Assembly: GCF_009914755.1 (NCBI RefSeq)
Contig: NC_060926.1
Direction: 5' to 3' (one strand)
Length of the DNA stretch: 64,000 bases
Source: the human T2T-CHM13v2.0 reference genome, Homo sapiens
Part shown: positions 13,834-30,829 of the stretch, in pieces
How positions within the stretch are numbered: the stretch's first letter is position 1
How the letters are laid out: each line of letters starts with the position of its first letter
The notes under the pieces: model-generated
The model's input: only the letters and a program-made list of their open reading frames with translations
What the model was told of the DNA's origin: nothing
Databases searched by the model: none
Position numbers and translations under genes: made by a program

Positions 13834-16800
13834 ATCGGAGAAAATTCATTGTCACAGTATATAATCTCGAGGATGGGTAACATGGTAGGTTAGTGCCATT
13901 AACTCCTTTCCCAAATTATGATAAATTCAACATTGAGCTAGAAAAGCTGAAGCGAAGAAAACTTAGCATGAAAATGTCTCAAAGCAAAAGAAATGCAGAT
14001 CAAACACTTCATGCTATTGTACAGGGCTGTAGTAGATTAGAAGTAACTAGAGACATGACAATTGAAAAAAATAAACGTGTGATTTTTAAATAGGATTGTG
14101 GTGTTTTCCGTTAGAATAAATGTTGCATGAAAACTTTCCAAAATTTCCCTACTAGGCAAAGATTTTTCAGATGATTTCTAGAACATGTTAATGCAGCCAC
14201 TGAATATTCTAATAAATTTTCCGAGAAGACTTAAAGAGTTTCCTCCATCTGCTCATAACCGGGCTTGGTTAAGGAGAGCTGGCTCTGTAGAGAGAAGCCA
14301 GTAATGGACCCCAGAGGCCCAGTCACTGTGTGCTGTGGAGTGGAAAGTAACTTTAGGAAGATGGAGGGTAAGCAGTGACCACTTGGATCTTAATTTTGAT
14401 TTTGCAAACAGCAGAATAGTTCTAAAATTTCATATGCAAAATGATTATCCTGTATGTTTCATACAGGAAGAAATTACCTGAACATTTTTTTTTCTGAGAC
14501 AGAGCCATTCTGATAGACGACTGTATTTGTATAATTTGCACCCTTGCTTTATATGATTTCACAGAATTAGTGTGCTTTTAAAATCAAAGTTCAAAGTTCC
14601 TAACTCCTAATGTTAATATATATATGTTTGCAATTTAAAAATATCATTAAGCAGTATAGCTTTGATTATTTGAAAGATTTCAAAGCTGTCAAATTAGCCC
14701 ATGACAGAATTTAGTACATAGGTATCACTGACATTTTAATCTAAGGATAAAGTGTCAAGGGGAGACCAACTTTGCACCGACTCACTAGAGTCATTTGTAG
14801 CCCACATACATAATATATACACATAACACATATACCTATGTAAATTAAAATTCTAAAACACTTCTCGGCATAGATTCCCTCATAATACAATTAAAGGATT
14901 TAACTGGAATGAACTAAGTATGTGGTTTCGGCCAGTTGTAACCAGAAGAATTTTATCTCGTGCTGATCACTAACTAGGTATCAGGTTCATTGTAAAACAG
15001 GTGGGAGGTTGTGGAAAGCTTTCTGGTTGTTAAGGTAACGCTCCTACCTGAGATATTAGCTCTGACACTGCCGTGGCATCTCAGGCAGGAGAAGGATCAA
15101 AATGGAGCTTTGGCTCAATGTGCTGAGAGTACAGTGCCTGTGACCCATCTTAACTCTTTGCAGAGTCTAAGGGGGGATTTAAGACTGGCTGTACCTTTGA
15201 TAGATTTGATGCATTAAGTTGCCAGGAAAATAGTTTTGTAAGGATTAGGAATGTGCGACCCAGCTGCAGATGCCCGTTAATCTGTGGAAGGAGTACCTGG
15301 GCTTCCCTCAGAGAACTCTTCAGTGCACTGGATGGACTAGGGTGTAGAGATGAGAGGGAGGAAAAGAAGAAGGAGACTCAGCTCTGTGCTAAAGGAATTT
15401 CTAGTTTTGTTGGGGACATGGGGCACTCACTCAAAACTCAGCACCAACAGTACAAGATGCTGAATTTTCTGGGAGATCATCTGTGGTGCAGGAGGTCAGA
15501 GAGCTGGGTATTTGCAAAGGCTGGAGGGGTCCAGGAGGGCTCCTGGGGGCAACAGCAGCTTCAGCTGTGCCTTAGAAGATAGGTAAAGGTTCCCTAGATT
15601 TAGGTGCAGGTTGCTGGCAAGAGAAAGGACAAGGAAAGGAAAGCAGGAGCAGGAGTGAATAAACACGGTGTGTTTTATGGAACAGTGATGAAATCCTTTG
15701 CAGTCTGAAGTGTGTTAGAAAGCAGTTTAAAAAAAAAAAGCGTCCCAGGTGTTTTGAGACTATGAGGACTTCCTGATGTGAAAATGGAGTGGCAGCCTTT
15801 GAAGGAAGTAGGTCTCGTAGTGGCTGCAGTGGGATTAGAGCAAAGAAGAGATGAGCCTCCTAGGTGCAGGCTGGAGGCTGGAGACAGAACTGTGGTGCCT
15901 GAGTGGCCCTGGAGAGAGGCTGTCCATGCAGAAGCAGATGGCTGGGAAACCCGCCTCTCCTCTGGAACACTGGTGACTGCCCCTTTTGCCTTTGGCTGTT
16001 TGGAGGCAAGGGGTATATATAGCACATCTGTGATCCTGTCTCAGGAAGTAACTGTGGCGTGTTGATGCCGATGAAAACCGATGCTGACAGCAGGTTCAAA
16101 GTGGAAGTGGGTACTACATGAAGCCATTTTCTTCTCTGTCTGGCAAACAATGATGCCTTTAAAATATTTAAGTTTTCAGGAGAATGAGTCTCTTTTGTTC
16201 TTCTCTGAAGTCATTTCTTGGTGGTAGGATGGCAAATGATCTTGAGTGTTACACCAACAATTAGGGAAAAGGAAATGTTCACTGTTTCCTAGGGAATAAT
16301 CCACTATTTTTCAAAGCCAACAGATATTTATTGCCATCTACTAGGCAACTTGGAAGATGTAAATTGTAATAAGGTGCTAATTGATCACAAGGAGCTTACA
16401 ATCCAGTAGAAAGGAGTAAAGAATAACATATTAAACCCATATTGTGGTAGGCTATGACCACAAAGTGAAGTAAAAAGTGAGATGGCATTTGCCAGGCTGC
16501 ACACTGCTTACCAGGCAGTATGACTTCACTCTCCCATGATTGAACCTTGAACAACTTAATCAGGAGGTCAGGAGACTTGGATGCTAATATTGCCTCTGAC
16601 ATTTTGTGTCATTTGACCTTGAACAAATGGGATCAGTTTTGAGTTTCTCAGAACCCAAATGAGGGTGTAGCACAGCCTTTCTCCCTAACGTCCTTATCAG
16701 TCGGTTTTCCTGGAGATTCCAGGTGCTCCCAGAGTTGTAAATATCACAGTGAAAAAAGAAGCAGTCCACCTGCTTGGCTGGTATTTGACTTGCTTCTCTT

Positions 16801-16957
16801 GTGAAAAGAAAGTGGTGGGGCTGCAGCCATGACTTTCCATTTCAGTTCGCTGAGTGGCCCCAGACACAAGTTGAAAGCATATTGTCCACCAGACATGAAG
16901 TGCCCGACATTCTTGAAGCCTTCCTTAAACCAAGACTATGTAAAGAACTAAACAACA

Positions 16958-17252
16958 GGCTGGGCGTGGTGGCTCATGCCTGTAATCCTAGCATTTTGGG
17001 AGGCCGAGGTGGGTGGATCTCTTGAGGTCAGGAGTTCAAGACCAGCCTGGCCAACATCATGAGACCCCATCTCTACTAAAAGTACAGCAATTAGCCGGGT
17101 GTGGTGGCGCCTGCCTGTAATCTCAGCTACTTGGGAGGCTGAGGCAGGAGAATGGCTTGAACCCGGGAGGCAGAGATTGCAGTGAGCTGAGATCAAGATC
17201 ACGCCACTGTACTCCAGCCTGAGTGAGAGTGAGACTCAAAAAAAAAAAAAAA
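16958..17252 (+). mobile_element. AluS
   Basis: Dimeric Alu with poly(A). Confidence 0.93.
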
Positions 17253-17408
17253 GAACAACAGAGCAGTCTCATTACAGCATGAAGTTTTGCTGATGTACCT
17301 TCCCATTTCTTTGTAACAAAATGTAAGATAAATCTATTTTTAATTGTTCTTGAAGAATAAGAAAACCTAGTGTTTCATTTACAAAATATGTATGAAGTTT
17401 CAGCAGAT

Positions 17409-17409
<1 letters not shown>

Positions 17410-17443
<34 letters not shown>
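17410..17443. repeat. (CA)n microsatellite, about 17 units
   Basis: Direct reading. Confidence 0.95.
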
Positions 17444-17447
<4 letters not shown>

Positions 17448-18065
17448 TATGAGTTTGCTGCCTCTTTGCTTGAAGAAAATTCCTTTGGGTGTGTCTCAGT
17501 TACACCAGACATGTATGTGTGGGCGGGGAGAGGAGGTGGAGTGTGGAGTGAGGAACTGGTGACTGGGAGGATGACTGACTCATCTTGGGTACCTGTCCTG
17601 ATGCGTAGGTCCCTTCTGTCATGTGGCTCCACAATAGGACCTTATAAGGTAAATGTGTTCACAGCAGCACTGATAAGCTTTCTCACTGTCATATTACTTA
17701 CCAAGCAATGGTAACATGAGCTGGGTGTGCTGGATAGCAAACAAATATTTTAAAATAATCTTTCAGATGATATCTGGAAAAAATAATGTTTTTGGAATAA
17801 GTTATGCAATAACTTTGAAATTGCCTCTCCCTTACTTTTAGAAATAAATTCCCTGACAACTCACTTTTATTGAAAGGTTTTTTGGTTAGTTTAAAGCTAC
17901 AGTATTAAAATATGAGACAAATGAATACACAATGATTGTCATTTTCCTACTTGGGTACACAGAAGAAATGTCCTTATTAGAAGTCCAGGTAGATGTGTTT
18001 GTGCCCAGAGTGACAATGGGGAAATGGGAAAGGGTCTTGACAAGGTGTTTTTTTTTTTCCTGCAG

Positions 18066-18316
18066 GTCCTGTACAACTTGTTCAAGTCGTTTTGCCAGAT
18101 GAAAACCATTGAGACCATTGATGTGTTTGCAGGAATCGCCAACTTCTTTGTTGTGGGAATCGGTGGGGTGCTGATTGGCATCTTCTTGGGCTTTATAGCG
18201 GCATTTACTACTCGATTCACCCATAATATCCGAGTGATCGAGCCACTGTTTGTTTTCCTGTACAGTTATTTGTCCTACATCACAGCTGAAATGTTTCACC
18301 TCTCAGGCATCATGGC
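18066..18316 (+). CDS. SLC9A2: NHE2 coding exon 3 (251 nt): VLYNLFKSF...HLSGIMA
   Basis: Acceptor tttcctgcag|GTC, donor GC|gtaagt; ORF 18024..18320; phase 0 to 2. Confidence 0.97.
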
Positions 18317-18458
18317 GTAAGTACTTCTTTGTTAAAAGTGCTCGATGATGGCATTTCATTGAATGCATGCATTCTCAGCCAAGATATTAAAGTTGAATAA
18401 GTTATATGAAACACTAGGTTTTCTTATTCTTTTAAGAAAAATTAAAAATAGATTTTTC

Positions 18459-18780
<322 letters not shown>

Positions 18781-19145
18781 TTATGTTTTGTTACAAAGAA
18801 ATGGAAATATGTATCAGCAAAACTTATGCTACCATGATCTGTTGCTCAGATAGAAAGCTGCTTAAACATTCTTCTGGGTCTCATGAAATATGACAGTAAA
18901 CTGTTGGGGTGGATCTTGCTCAGGCACCAAGAATTGTACGAGCTTGATGCCCAATCAGGGTTGCCCACGTGGGAACCTATAAGCTTATTCCAACAAAGTT
19001 GCATCCCAAGCTGCTCTTGGAGTTCTGGAATGGCTTATGGATATTCATTGGCATAACCTTAGTCTTAGAAATATTTTGAATGGTAGATTTGATTTGGGAT
19101 AACAGCTTAGTCATTCAAAGCAAAATCAGCGAATGAGAGTTGTGA

Positions 19146-19470
<325 letters not shown>

Positions 19471-20744
19471 GTTTAGCTTTTTAAACAAAGATGCAGGATT
19501 ATAAAGCAGGAAATGTATAAAGCCAGGAATTTACTAAAGATATGGTTAGTGTCTCATGCACTAACTGGTTCTGAAGGAAGTTTTTGAGAAGTTAGACAAG
19601 TAGGCTGATGAATGATGGAGTTTGAATCCTGTTGTAGCATTTGGAGGATCACTTTGAAGGAGGCGGAGGCTGCTCATTGGGTGTGGATGTTTTTGTAGCT
19701 TCCAAAAACAAGCTTCTATTCTATTATGGTAAGACCCTGTATACGGTCAGTGAGAAATACTTAGTAATGGAATGCTTTTACATTTTTTTTTTACTTTGAC
19801 AAATATGTATTTACAGCTCCATATGCACTAGGCTAAATGCTAGGACCTGCCATACATATTTAGAATTTTGCAGCTATAAGCATAAGCCTAGATCTTCCTG
19901 AAATTTTCTCTTCCGATCTGATTAAGATGATCATTTGATTGGGGGCTAGTTTGACTTTTGCCATATATCAGCACGTCTGTATCAGAAGCAGATGAGGTTT
20001 GTGGTGGAGGAAGTCGAAGACCCCCTACACAAAGAGAGTGGAAGCTGGGGTCATGACAGCCCTGAGTTACAGGTTGGGTGGTTTTCTGTTTCACAGAGAA
20101 ACCTAAATAAAGCAACGCATTAATCTAGTTTGACCCAGTAATGAAATGTTCCATGTCTTTCTGGTTGCTATTCATATCATTTGTATGACTTCCAGTTTCC
20201 TCACTCTTCTTTGGCCAGTGTCATTGAAAATGTATGACCAGCTAGTTACTAGGTCTCTAAAAAGAGTGTGGGGGCGGGACTTAGTATCTAGTTTCCAGCA
20301 GTGTTGTTTTAGCAAGAGTCAGGGTATGAGAACCTTGAATTGCATTGCAAGTCTGAGTATATGTAAATGTTCTAGAACCCACAAAGGAGCTATGCAAATT
20401 TGTCAGTTTGCCAGATGTTCACAGGCAGGAATTGGGGTTCTTAAAGATCCAGCTATTGGGGGAAAGTTGAAGAATTGGATGGGATGGGAATCCTGGTGCA
20501 TCCCCCATGTCGGTGATGGAAGGGTTGGAAGGCCTATGCTGTATCAAGTCACTGGCCTCTTGTGAAGATGGGATCACAGGTTTACTTATGCCAGGAATTC
20601 AGAAGTAAGAGACAAATAGGGCCACATATTCCTGATAAATAGCACAGGTAATTCTCTGCTGTGGTTCGTGAGCCTTTGTTTCCAACTTCAAAGTGAAGAT
20701 TTTCTTGACAACTTAGTGTAGAGGAAATTTCTTTATTACATTTA

Positions 20745-21070
<326 letters not shown>

Positions 21071-22984
21071 ACTAAAATTGTCATGGCTTATAGTATACCA
21101 AAATAATAAATGGGTCCTTAAATAAGATACTACCAGTGATGTAAACATTTTTGCCCCAAAATTACCATGTGCACCCATTATTCTGTCATGAAAAATGCAG
21201 GTACACATTCACATTGGGGTATGTTTGTTCTCAGAAGTTATACCCTCTTTTCTAATGCGGGGTAATCAGTATGCCATTCAAAACTTGACTGTGTGTTGCT
21301 TCCTTATGGTGTAGATCACAGATGTGCATGCCCCGCCCCTCTCTAAAGTGCATTATGTGCACTTCCACATTGTAATTATTGTATTTACTTCAGTCCAGGG
21401 GATACAGCATAATGATGCAATTAAAAATGCATATCTACACACACGCCTTACAGAACTAGTCATTTTTCCTGGGCTTAAATTGTACTGAGTTTAGAAATTC
21501 CTATCATACTTTGTACTAATTACGCTCTCTCTTTTACCATTTATAAACCAATTTTAAGGTTAATGAGAGTGAAGGCATCTGACGTACTGAGAATGCTCAG
21601 GACTTTCCCTTGTTTTCTTAAGAGAAATGGGCAGCTCCTGAGAAAGGCAACTAGGCAGAGAGGACAGGCACCTGCTAGGCGGGGAGAGAGGTTAAACTGC
21701 TTCTGTAATGATTTGTAACCCAGTTGTGAAACTTGGCTTTCCTGAGTTTTGCCTGCTCTCCTCCATCTCTCCCTCCTCCACCTTCTACCATTCATCCTTC
21801 CTTCTGTCTTCTTCGTGTTGCCTTTCAGAGCCTGTAACCCTCTGCATTAGCTTTGTTGCCTCTTGGGCAGCCTGTTCTAGACGGATGTCACTTACTTAAT
21901 GAGCAGGTAGTTACTAGATGAATCTAATGAAAAAGAAACAATCTTCTGAGTAACAGAAGATTTTGGTTTGGGTTAAAAATGCAAGGATGCTTTTAGAGGA
22001 AAGTGCTGGACAGGATTTCAATATCTTGATTTCTTTGGAAAGATGATGGAAGCAGTGCACCTCGGGTGTTCATAAAGTCTACTGTTGCTGCTATTTAATT
22101 TTATCATAAGACTGAGGTTTTATAGGCTTTTTACTGACAAGTAAATTAAATAATGAGGTGAAATCTTCTGTCTTACAAAATATTTGGAGAGATGTCTTCT
22201 GAGTATTCTTAAATTTGGTTTCCCCTTTGTGGCCCTTCCTAATATTCCAAAACCTAATTTAATGTTAAGGAATGATTTACACTTATGTTTTATTGTATAT
22301 TCAGAAAGGTTTTAGACTCAAACACTAATAAGGTAAATGCAATTCCCTGTTTTCTGATATTCTTCTACTCATTTCTATACTGGAATAAATTGTGGCAATA
22401 GGGAAATGTGTGTGTGTGTGCATATGCCTGTGTGTGCATACATATGTGTGTTTCAGTTTCCACAGCACCAGAACTGTAGTAAAGGGAAAGTTTCCATAGC
22501 CCCTTAAACCAGAAACTTCACATATCAATAGCATTGGACACCTTTGAGTATCAAAGTACTATAGCAGGGCATGAGAGGTGACTAATAGTTATTGATTTTA
22601 GAAATTCTTGCCTTGACTCATGTGTTTTGAACTTTATATTCAGGAAAATGCTCAGAGTCAAAGCACTGATGATTCCTATGGACAACGGTGTGTTTAACCT
22701 CATTTTACTTTCTTTACCCAAGGACACTAACAGTTGGATAAATTGATCACTAAAATTCAGGGCCATTACAGAAATCAACTTAAGCCAAAGTTTGTTATCC
22801 ACTTTTGGACTTCAGGCTCCTTTCTGATCCTCCCCTTCTACCCTACACAGTCCCCTGGGCTCTAATAAGTGGGACATTGGAAACACACATTGACCTGAAG
22901 GGGGAAGGGCGTACTTGGCCTCCACAGCAGCAAATTTTGAAAATGGCTAACTCCTCCTTCACATAGGAGAGTAAGTGCCCAATA

Positions 22985-23290
22985 TTTTTTTTATTTTTTT
23001 ATTTTTATTTTTTATTTTTTTTTGAGACAGAGTCTTGCTCTGTTGCCCAGGCTGGAATGCAGTGGCGCGATCTCTGCTCACTGCAAGCTCACCTCCCAGG
23101 TTCACGCCATTCTCCTGCCTTAGCCTCCCGAGTAGCTGGGACTACCCAGCTATTTTTTTTTTTTGTATTTTTAGTAGAGATGGGATTTCACCGTGTTAGC
23201 CAGGATGGTCTCGATCTCCTGACCTCGTGATCCGCCCACCTCGGCCTCCCAAAGTGCTGGGATTACAGGCAGGAGCCACCACGCCCGGCC
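22985..23290 (-). mobile_element. AluY-like element with about 17-nt internal deletion
   Basis: gggactac|ccagcta junction; TSD gtgccca(a/g)tatttttt. Confidence 0.92.
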
Positions 23291-24693
23291 GTGCCCAGTA
23301 TTTTTTAGTTCTGCTTTGATGGATTAATAATTCCTTAGTATTTCTTTCCTCAAGGGTACTGTCTAAGTATTTTCTATTTATTGTTAATTATTCTAGCAGC
23401 ATTATTGCAAAGAAAGTAGAAAATGGTGATTAGTTTCATTCTTATGAATAAATAAATCGAGGCCCAGATGGACAAAACATGGCTGTCAGATGACTCAGTG
23501 GAGAATGAGACCTGACCCTGTGTCCCCAGTTACCAGGCCAGTCCTGTTTATGTGCAATATCCCCTCCCCCCACCAAAAAAAAAAAAAAAAAAAAAACAAC
23601 CCCAGCACATCCCGATGCAAATTTGTAAATGAGGAAATTTGTAACGGGAATTTCCAGAATGATAGGTTTAGGAATGAAATCCAGGAGTAGTTCCAGCTTG
23701 CTGGACTGAAGTCGTCACTGGTGAAGGTGCGAAGATCATCTGCTCTCTTCTTCCTGTTTTTCTTTGTAGGAGCTGCTAATTGTCATCTGTTTAACACTTT
23801 GAGAAAAAAATAGGAAGGCATGCTTTTTTTTTTTTTTTTTTTTTTTGCCTATCCTAGTTCCTTTTGGTTTACCCACACTTTGTAGCGTTTAGGAGAACAT
23901 CTCTTCAACATCCAAGAGTGTTAAACCATAGCCCTACATGCCAGAATAACCAGTTCAACATGTTCACTTGCGTTCACAAAGAATAAAAATAATAAACACA
24001 AGACATTGTAGGACATTCATAAAACATTATATGACGCATCATGTTTATAAAATGCTTTCAAACACAGGATGCCAACTGACCCTCATCTCAACGTCCTGAA
24101 GTGTAAAGAAGAGCAGGAAGAGAGTTTACAGAGAAGGAAGCGGGGAATCAAGACTAGAGTCTTAGATCTCTGGCTCCTTGTTTCTTCTCTTCTCACTGGG
24201 TCATTGTACGTTACATTGCCTTGACAAATAATAGTTTTACTTTTAATTATAGTGTATGCTTTCACTGATAGCTCTGACTGGCCAAGACTGACCACTTTAA
24301 AATCTGGTATGACCACCCCAAACATAAATAAGCCTGGGGTGGGAGGGGGAAAGGTAGTAAAATGATGCGAGAAATTAAGTGATACAAAAACAAAGCATAT
24401 ACCCCTTAATTTCTTGGACATATTCAGGAAAAAGGAAAAACAAAGAAAGCAACAAAAAGCTTGTGATTATCTTTTCTTTTCTATTGTATAACTTTGCCTG
24501 AACTGTAGGGTAAGACTAGTAAAGACAGAAAGGAATTGGAAATTATAAACCTTAACCTAGAGAAATGTAAACAATTTATGAAATTATCTGTATTTATTTT
24601 TATGGTTTAAACCGTTTAATTTAGTAGATTCAATAGATGGACCCCAGCATTTGCTTGGTTCTTTGAAGGAGGAACAAAAATAGTAGGTTGTCA

Positions 24694-25343
<650 letters not shown>

Positions 25344-26761
25344 TAGTGCTCACCACTAGTGTTTTCTACTTGGATATTTGAAGACTTGGTGACATATGTT
25401 TTACTCCTTTTGATAAGGTAAAAAAAAATAAGTCATGAAAAGATGGGAGGAATAAAAGAGAAATGCTCTCCCCGCTCTGATGATAATTGTGCTCTTTATA
25501 AAGACCATTTCTTTGAGAATGGGGAAGTTTAGAAAGAAAATAAGGAAGGAGAGACTGAAGGGAAGTTGGAGGTTCTTCTGAAGTGGCTTGTGATAATTAA
25601 GATGTCAAACTAAAGCCACCTTGTGAAAATGAAAAATGTTTCCCTAGGTCCACATTCGGGGGTTTTATATAAATATCCTCAAAATCTAAAGTGGGAGGGA
25701 AAGTTGTGGCTGCTGCAGGAATGAGCAGCGTACTTTAAAACAGATTCCCTGGGTTGAGATAATATATATATATATTTTGCAAATTGAATTTGTAAACTTA
25801 TACAATAGTCAGTATTCAAAACATTATATTTTCTTGCCTCATCTTCTTAGAGGTAAAACAACATTAAAGGCACTATTTTCATCTCTGTTTTTATCTGTAT
25901 TTACTCTGCAGACTGACTGAAGATCAATCGAGCCTCTATATTAAGGTCTATAGGTCTTTATTCTAGCTAATGCCAAAAGATATTGATTTCTGATGGAGGC
26001 AAAAAAAAATCAAATACACAAAACTCATCCTAAGTAGGATTATGTATTCCATTCTTGAAGATTATCAGGAATACATTATGAAGCTAGTCAGTCTTCCCTC
26101 AACTTGTCACCTGTGTCTTAGTGTCTTCTGGTATTTATCAAGTGGTCAGGGTACTAAAGAAATAATTAATATACTGGGTACTCAATGAATAATAATATAA
26201 GTTTAAGTGAAACACAAGCAGAAAAGCTCATTTTCTAGGAAAAATTGGTACAACGCATAATAAATCCAATAAATGCTGTACTTGACTGGCTTATGAAAAT
26301 CAATTCACTGCATTCTTAGAATATTTAGCTAAAAAGATAGGATATTGATATTGCTTTTTTGTCATTAAGATGAATCATACCATTGCTTTTCTCCTTCAGT
26401 GCAGATAATGGTAGATTTTAGAGGTATATTGGGAATCTTTTAGACAAGAAAAAACTTGATATTTCCTTGTTAACTTTAAATTACATAAAACTTTAACAAT
26501 TCGCTCCTGAATTAAGAACTGATTCTTCCAAATCTACCTGAAGAGTGGGTATTTTTGTGTAACTGAAAATGCTGCCATCACTTTGCTTTTTGGACTGTTT
26601 CTTGACTGTTCTTTATGCTTATTTTTTAAAAAGGATGATATCCTTTCTGGCCTATATTTCAAGAATATTGTAGGAAATAACACTACTTTCTGGTAATGTG
26701 TAGGCCAAAATATAAAACAAGATAATAAGTCAGAAATGTATAATTGCTGAGAAATAAATAC

Positions 26762-27074
<313 letters not shown>

Positions 27075-28859
27075 TAATAAAAATATTTTTAGAAAAACTG
27101 AAATGAAATGTACACTTACCACCCAGCTAGTAGTTCTGAGGATGACACGCTTGGACACATGGATTAAGTCAGTGTTTCAGCCCCTTCGTGAGGAGGTTAG
27201 AGCTAGGAATACAGCTACGGAGGTCAAGCTTGGCCCTTCCTTGACATGATACGTGTCCCAAGGAGAACCCGTTATTCTTTATCCTTGCTTGAACAAACCT
27301 CAGTTTACTTCTCAGCAATTCTCTGGACAGGGGAGGACAATGGCCTGGTATGAACCCCAGGCCCTCCTGTGTTGGCTTCTGGGGTGAGGAGAGTCTGCCT
27401 GCAGCTCCTCTTGATGCTGTAGCATTTCTCTTATGTACTCACTCCTGCTGCTGCCATTTCCCTCACCTCAATCAAACATGAGGTCTGACTTTGTCAGTAT
27501 TCCCAGGGGACCTGGCCAAGTGGCCCTGATTCTGTCTTTCCACTTGTGTCCTCACAGTTAATCCCCCGTTATTTGACATAACTTGAGTCACCAGGCATCT
27601 TTGTAGTCAGGAGCCCAGCTGAAACAGTAGAGAGAAGCTCTGTGTTAATGAAGGAAGCCAAACTCAAACCAGGTTAAGTCAGAAAGGAGGGATTTCCTGG
27701 CTCATGCGAATAAATACATTTTTGAGAGGACAGGTGGGATTTAGCCTTAGGGTGATAGGACAAGGGACTCCTATGTCTGCCTAAGCATTTCTCTCTCTCA
27801 ACTTTGTGTCCCTTCATGAGAAGGCTTCCTTCTAGTTGGTTAGCCATCTCCAAAGCATGAAACCAGGGTCACAGAGAAATCGAGCTTTATATCTCTGCAA
27901 CTCTGTCACTGAAGAGTAAAGTGAGATCTACCCTGCCAGGTCCTGTTAGAAAACATTTCAGAGGAAGCACTGTGATTGGCCCTGGGGTTTGGAGAACTGT
28001 CATGGGATCAGACTGTGTCACATGACCCGCCCTGTGACATGAGAAGTAGGGTTTGTTGCCAGAAGAAGGCAGCGAACTTAAACTAACTTTGAGTGAGACG
28101 ACCATCCTAATCTGTGTTGACTGCAAGTTAGCAAGGAAAGCTCAATCCTTTATAGTAAAGTAAACTGGGATGGGAATGTTGATGATGCTTGGGTTGAAGC
28201 CTCAGTGATGAGAAGAGGGACATTCTGGGTAGAGGCAGAGGTGTAATTGAAGGCTCCAAGGTGAACTGAACTCTAGGTTGGTGAGAAGGAGGGGTCCCTG
28301 GTCTTGCCAGACCTGTTGTGTGCTATAGGCAGGTGGGAGCCTTTGGAATCTTTAAGGAGAAGTGACACAATTGTATTTCTGTTTTATGATAAATACATAA
28401 TCAGAGTGCTTCCAGAACTTTTTTACACCATGACACTTACAACTGATAAAGTTTTCATGGTACTCTGGGTGAAAGCTGTAGGTCACGGCTCCAGTCTGAC
28501 TGGCTGTCCTAGGGCTGAGGAATCCTTGATTAAGGAGGAGGATCAGGAAATGCCGCTGTCAGCAGGGATAAGGTGCCTAGGTAGAGACTCAGACAGGAAA
28601 AAAAATGTGTGAAGATGCCTGCACACTAACTAGTCTAGGCAAGAGAACACAGAGACCTGCACCTAGATCCAAGTCATAAAAATTGAGAGACAGGAAGGAA
28701 GAATAGTTGGCAAATGTAGTTAAATCCACATTACTCCTCAAATCCCATGTTAACCCTTATGCTCACCCTCCAATACAATTTTAAATAAAATGACTCAAAT
28801 TTCAGCTTTTTTCTCATTTCTCCTTCCTCTTTGCAAGCCTCTGCCTATACTCCCATTTC

Positions 28860-29015
28860 CTGTTCTTAAATGTTAATGTGTTTAGGAATCACCTGGAAAT
28901 GTCATTACATGGACAGAATCCCAGGCCTCAGCCAGAGGTTCTGATATAGGCCTTGGATGGGGCACAGGCATTTGTAGTTTTGCAACATTTACACGTGGTC
29001 CACAGACCATACTGC
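28860..29015. mobile_element. MER5-like hAT MITE
   Basis: gaatcacctgga...cagaatcccaggcctca...gtggtccacagaccatact. Confidence 0.5.
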
Positions 29016-30829
29016 TCTAATATACATGCTAGTAGCTGTAAGAACTTCCAGAAAGCAGCAACTCATGCTGATGTTTCTAGGACTCATGTAGAACCACAAA
29101 GTATTCTGTGTATGTGTCTGGTGCAGGATTGTTGCATGCAGGTTTCACATACCCAGGCCCCACCTGTAGCCCACATAGACCAGGAGTCTTCCACCTGGAA
29201 AACCTTAATTCCATCATCAAAGTGTTGGTCAAATCTTCCTGCCTCTCTGAGGCTTTTCTTAACACTCCCCAGCTAGAATGGGGACACTCCATGGGACACT
29301 TGATGCCTGTGCTTCATGATGCTGTTGACATTGAGTTGTGATCCTTTGGTGTTCTCTCTCCACGTAACCAGAGTTGCTTTAGGTGCCAATAAGTGATCTA
29401 TAAACATTAGTTGAATTGAATTGAAAGCAGTTATACAGGAGAAAAAAGTTGCAGAGAATTTATGCAATGGACAAGTCTTCATGATTAATCCAGGATTTTT
29501 GACAGTTTCAATGTACTTTATTTCATTTTTGATATTTTAAAAAAGATTGTTCAGTTTTTATGCTTGGATCCTGTTTTAAAAAACAATTGTTGTTTGCATT
29601 TTCTCATATGTCAAACTCTGTTTCTCTTGGTTGTCAGGTTTTCTGGAAGAAGCAATTCACTGTATAGTACATTCATGCCCTGGAATAATTTAATTTACTT
29701 CACTTGAGTGAGTACTTATTCTGAGAGCATGCAACGTGCCCAGAGTCACCACAAGACCTGGCTTTAATCAATACAGAAAAAGCTTTTTAATTGGTCTTCA
29801 TCATTGCATATGCTTGGCACTGATTAGTGGAATATGCTTTCATATTTGGCAAAGCCTTAATTGAGAATATACAAATATTATTTGGGTGATACTTTCCTGC
29901 AATTGAATTCATACTTTTTAAAATCATATGGAATGGGAGCAAAAGAATTTTGCTTAATTGGTTAATTCTACACAGTTCAGATTGTAGATAAAGCACTCTG
30001 GATCTTCATTAAACTAGACTTAACAAGCATTAATTGAACTTGTACTTGGTACCACTATAGGCACAGACCATGCTAAGCATTAGTCCATAGTCTCAAAGCA
30101 CACATTCTGGTAGAAAAGAAATAAATATCTATAGAAAGCAGGTTAATAATGGAGTCATGGAGTAATACAGAGGAAAAAGTATCTGTTAGAATTTTCTATT
30201 CAGAAAATAGTCAAATGACAAATCATTTAAGTAGAAAGGAAAGTCTATTTCCACCCACCCTCCCCAGGGGGAAAAAAAAAACTCTTTTGAGGTAGTGTCT
30301 ATAGCTGGCCTGAATTGTCCTACACTGTATTTTGATTGATATACTGATAAAGAAAACCTCAGTTGCTGGTGTAAGTGAAAACCACTAATTATAGTGCTCT
30401 CCCTTCTCTGTCTCTAAATTGGTGATAATCACCACACATTTATGTTAAAGTGGGGCAAGATAATAACATAGCAGGCTGCATCTGCGAATTTTGTGCATGC
30501 CTCATCTCCACTCTGTCCTACAGAATGGAGCCTAAGACCTATCAAAATCTGGGCATGCTTTGGAATGCGAAATGGGCAATGGATATAGAGAAAATATATT
30601 CATATTGCACCACCATTCCTATTAATGACTCATCCATGTAGTCAATGATGCAAAATACATGCCAGACACTATGCTAAGCATTGGCAACACTTTTCTTTTT
30701 CCTCATGGAGCATCCAGTTTGGTTGGGGAGATAGACATTAATTATGTGATTGAAATTATAATTTCTCATTTTTCTCTCCAGCCTATAAAGTTAAAACTCC
30801 TAAGCATTAAGTATAACAGTGTCATTGAG

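Noticed and set aside
15011-16150. Cluster of 68-116 aa ORFs on both strands in intron 2
   Set aside because: No recognisable domains; many rely on non-ATG starts; no exon-like splice pattern; consistent with chance
17886-18299. Antisense ORFs overlapping exons (also 10701-10925, 36196-36519, 54081-54266, 60907-61363)
   Set aside because: Shadow frames of coding exons; no independent homology, promoter or splice evidence
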